Source: an archaeon (GTDB taxonomy: Archaea; Iainarchaeota; Iainarchaeia; Iainarchaeales; CSSED10-239). From it: a stretch of DNA of 17,958 bases. Shown here piece by piece: positions 17,045-17,958 of this stretch. The first letter of the stretch is position 1, and each line of letters opens with the position of its first letter. The translations under genes were made by a program, and so were the position numbers. Location of the stretch: the NCBI GenBank assembly GCA_035390665.1, contig DAOOUC010000001.1:140734-158691 (forward strand), in the 5' to 3' direction. The notes below the pieces were generated by a model. That model had not been told where the DNA came from and ran no database searches. It worked only from the letters and a program-made list of their open reading frames with translations.

Positions 17045-17908
17045 ATGCACAGACTTGTAACGATTAGAAAGCCACCAGTAAATCCAGAATTAAAAGTTGT
17101 TAGACACAGAGTTACAAATGAGAAATTTGATCCTTCTCATTTCCCTAGTTCTTTTATAAGTGAATTAAAGGTTTCTAAAGATAAAACCGGAAAACCACTA
17201 AAACTTGGAGAAGGAATATATGGAGAAATATTTCTTGGTCAAGTGAAATTTAAAAACGGGTCAAAAAAAAGAGTTGCAATTAAAAGATTTACTCCAATTT
17301 TTGAAGAATTAAAAATGACAGATCACGATGCAAGAAAATATCAACAGTTTATTGATATTTTAAGAAAGATAGAATTAGAACACGATGTTGCATTTCCAAA
17401 TCGTCAAATTGGAAAAGCAAAGATGATACCAAAGATGGCGATGGTTAAAATTCAAGAGAAAGGAAAAGAACCAGAATGGGTTGTCGTCTCTCAAGCATTT
17501 GTTAAAGAAGGTAAATCAAAATTTAAAGAAAACAATGATGTTAATCACACACAATTTAATATGTCAGAATATACTTGGAATATATTAAAGCTTGGAGAAC
17601 AAGGTTTTATTAAAGAGGGGTCTTTAGGTTTTTTAGCAGATCTTTTTACAGAGCACAGGGATGGTAGTTTAATACCAATGGATATGGATTTTGCAAAAAC
17701 TTTAGATTTTAAAAAAAGAAGTAAAATTGCCTGTGCAAACGACATACTAAATGCGCTTGCCCATCATGCAGAATCAAGATATGGCACTGATACACAAAAT
17801 AGAAATAAATACTATGTTGAATTAGTTTTAAATCTTTTAAAACACAAAATGGATTTAAAATTTAAAGATCAATTGATTATACAGAGAAAAAAATATTTAA
17901 AAAAGTGA
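17045..17908 (+). CDS. Divergent protein-kinase-like domain protein
   Basis: LGEGIYGEIFLGQVKFKNGSKKRVAIKRF (Gly-rich loop and VAIK lysine), SLIPMDMDFAKTL (DFG-like). Start corrected from GTG 17033, which lies inside the SD AGGTGAT, to ATG 17045. Confidence 0.6.
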   Translation: MHRLVTIRKPPVNPELKVVRHRVTNEKFDPSHFPSSFISELKVSKDKTGKPLKLGEGIYGEIFLGQVKFKNGSKKRVAIKRFTPIFEELKMTDHDARKYQQFIDILRKIELEHDVAFPNRQIGKAKMIPKMAMVKIQEKGKEPEWVVVSQAFVKEGKSKFKENNDVNHTQFNMSEYTWNILKLGEQGFIKEGSLGFLADLFTEHRDGSLIPMDMDFAKTLDFKKRSKIACANDILNALAHHAESRYGTDTQNRNKYYVELVLNLLKHKMDLKFKDQLIIQRKKYLKK

Positions 17909-17912
17909 CATC

Positions 17913-17958
17913 ATGAATACAAAAGAAGAAAAAGGAATAGTAATTTCTACAATGGATG
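17913..17958 (+). CDS. 5' end of a further ORF (MNTKEEKGIVISTMDG...), truncated by window edge
   Basis: ATG 17913 open to the window end, preceded by stop-fused GTGA. Confidence 0.5.
   Translation, partial: MNTKEEKGIVISTMD

Noticed and set aside
17545-17745. Minus-strand 66-aa ORF in the kinase-like gene
   Set aside because: Antisense to an intact, SD-preceded gene.
1-17958. CRISPR array, tRNA/rRNA, transposase, toxin-antitoxin or defence genes
   Set aside because: None found by eye; gaps between genes are mostly under 100 bp and the genes are core functions.

Overview
AT-rich archaeal chromosomal window, probably from a small-genome or DPANN-like lineage (lineage is an inference). It is densely packed with core information-processing genes. 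Replication and repair genes are Orc1/Cdc6, PCNA, both primase subunits (PriL, PriS), a GINS protein and Rad50. Transcription, RNA and translation genes are RpoL, RpoK, Csl4, aIF2-alpha, Pelota and an eS17-like protein. Also present are an archaeal/ER-type signal peptidase I, a bacterial-type iPGM, a PAC2-family protein, a SpoIIM-like membrane protein, two class III signal-peptide pilin-like proteins beside a small HExxH membrane protease-like protein, a small class II CCA/poly(A)-polymerase-like nucleotidyltransferase, a divergent kinase-like protein and one unassigned helical protein next to cdc6. I see no tRNA/rRNA, CRISPR array, mobile element or defence island. The most interesting items are the dispersed replisome cluster, the rad50-nucleotidyltransferase couple without mre11, the kinase-like ORF, the pilin/protease module, and a two-mode expression signal layout: TATA about 26-28 bp from the start codon (leaderless) for first genes and GGTGAT Shine-Dalgarno fused to stop codons for internal genes. 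That layout also corrects several start codons in the supplied ORF track. I do not find a convincing wholly new system.
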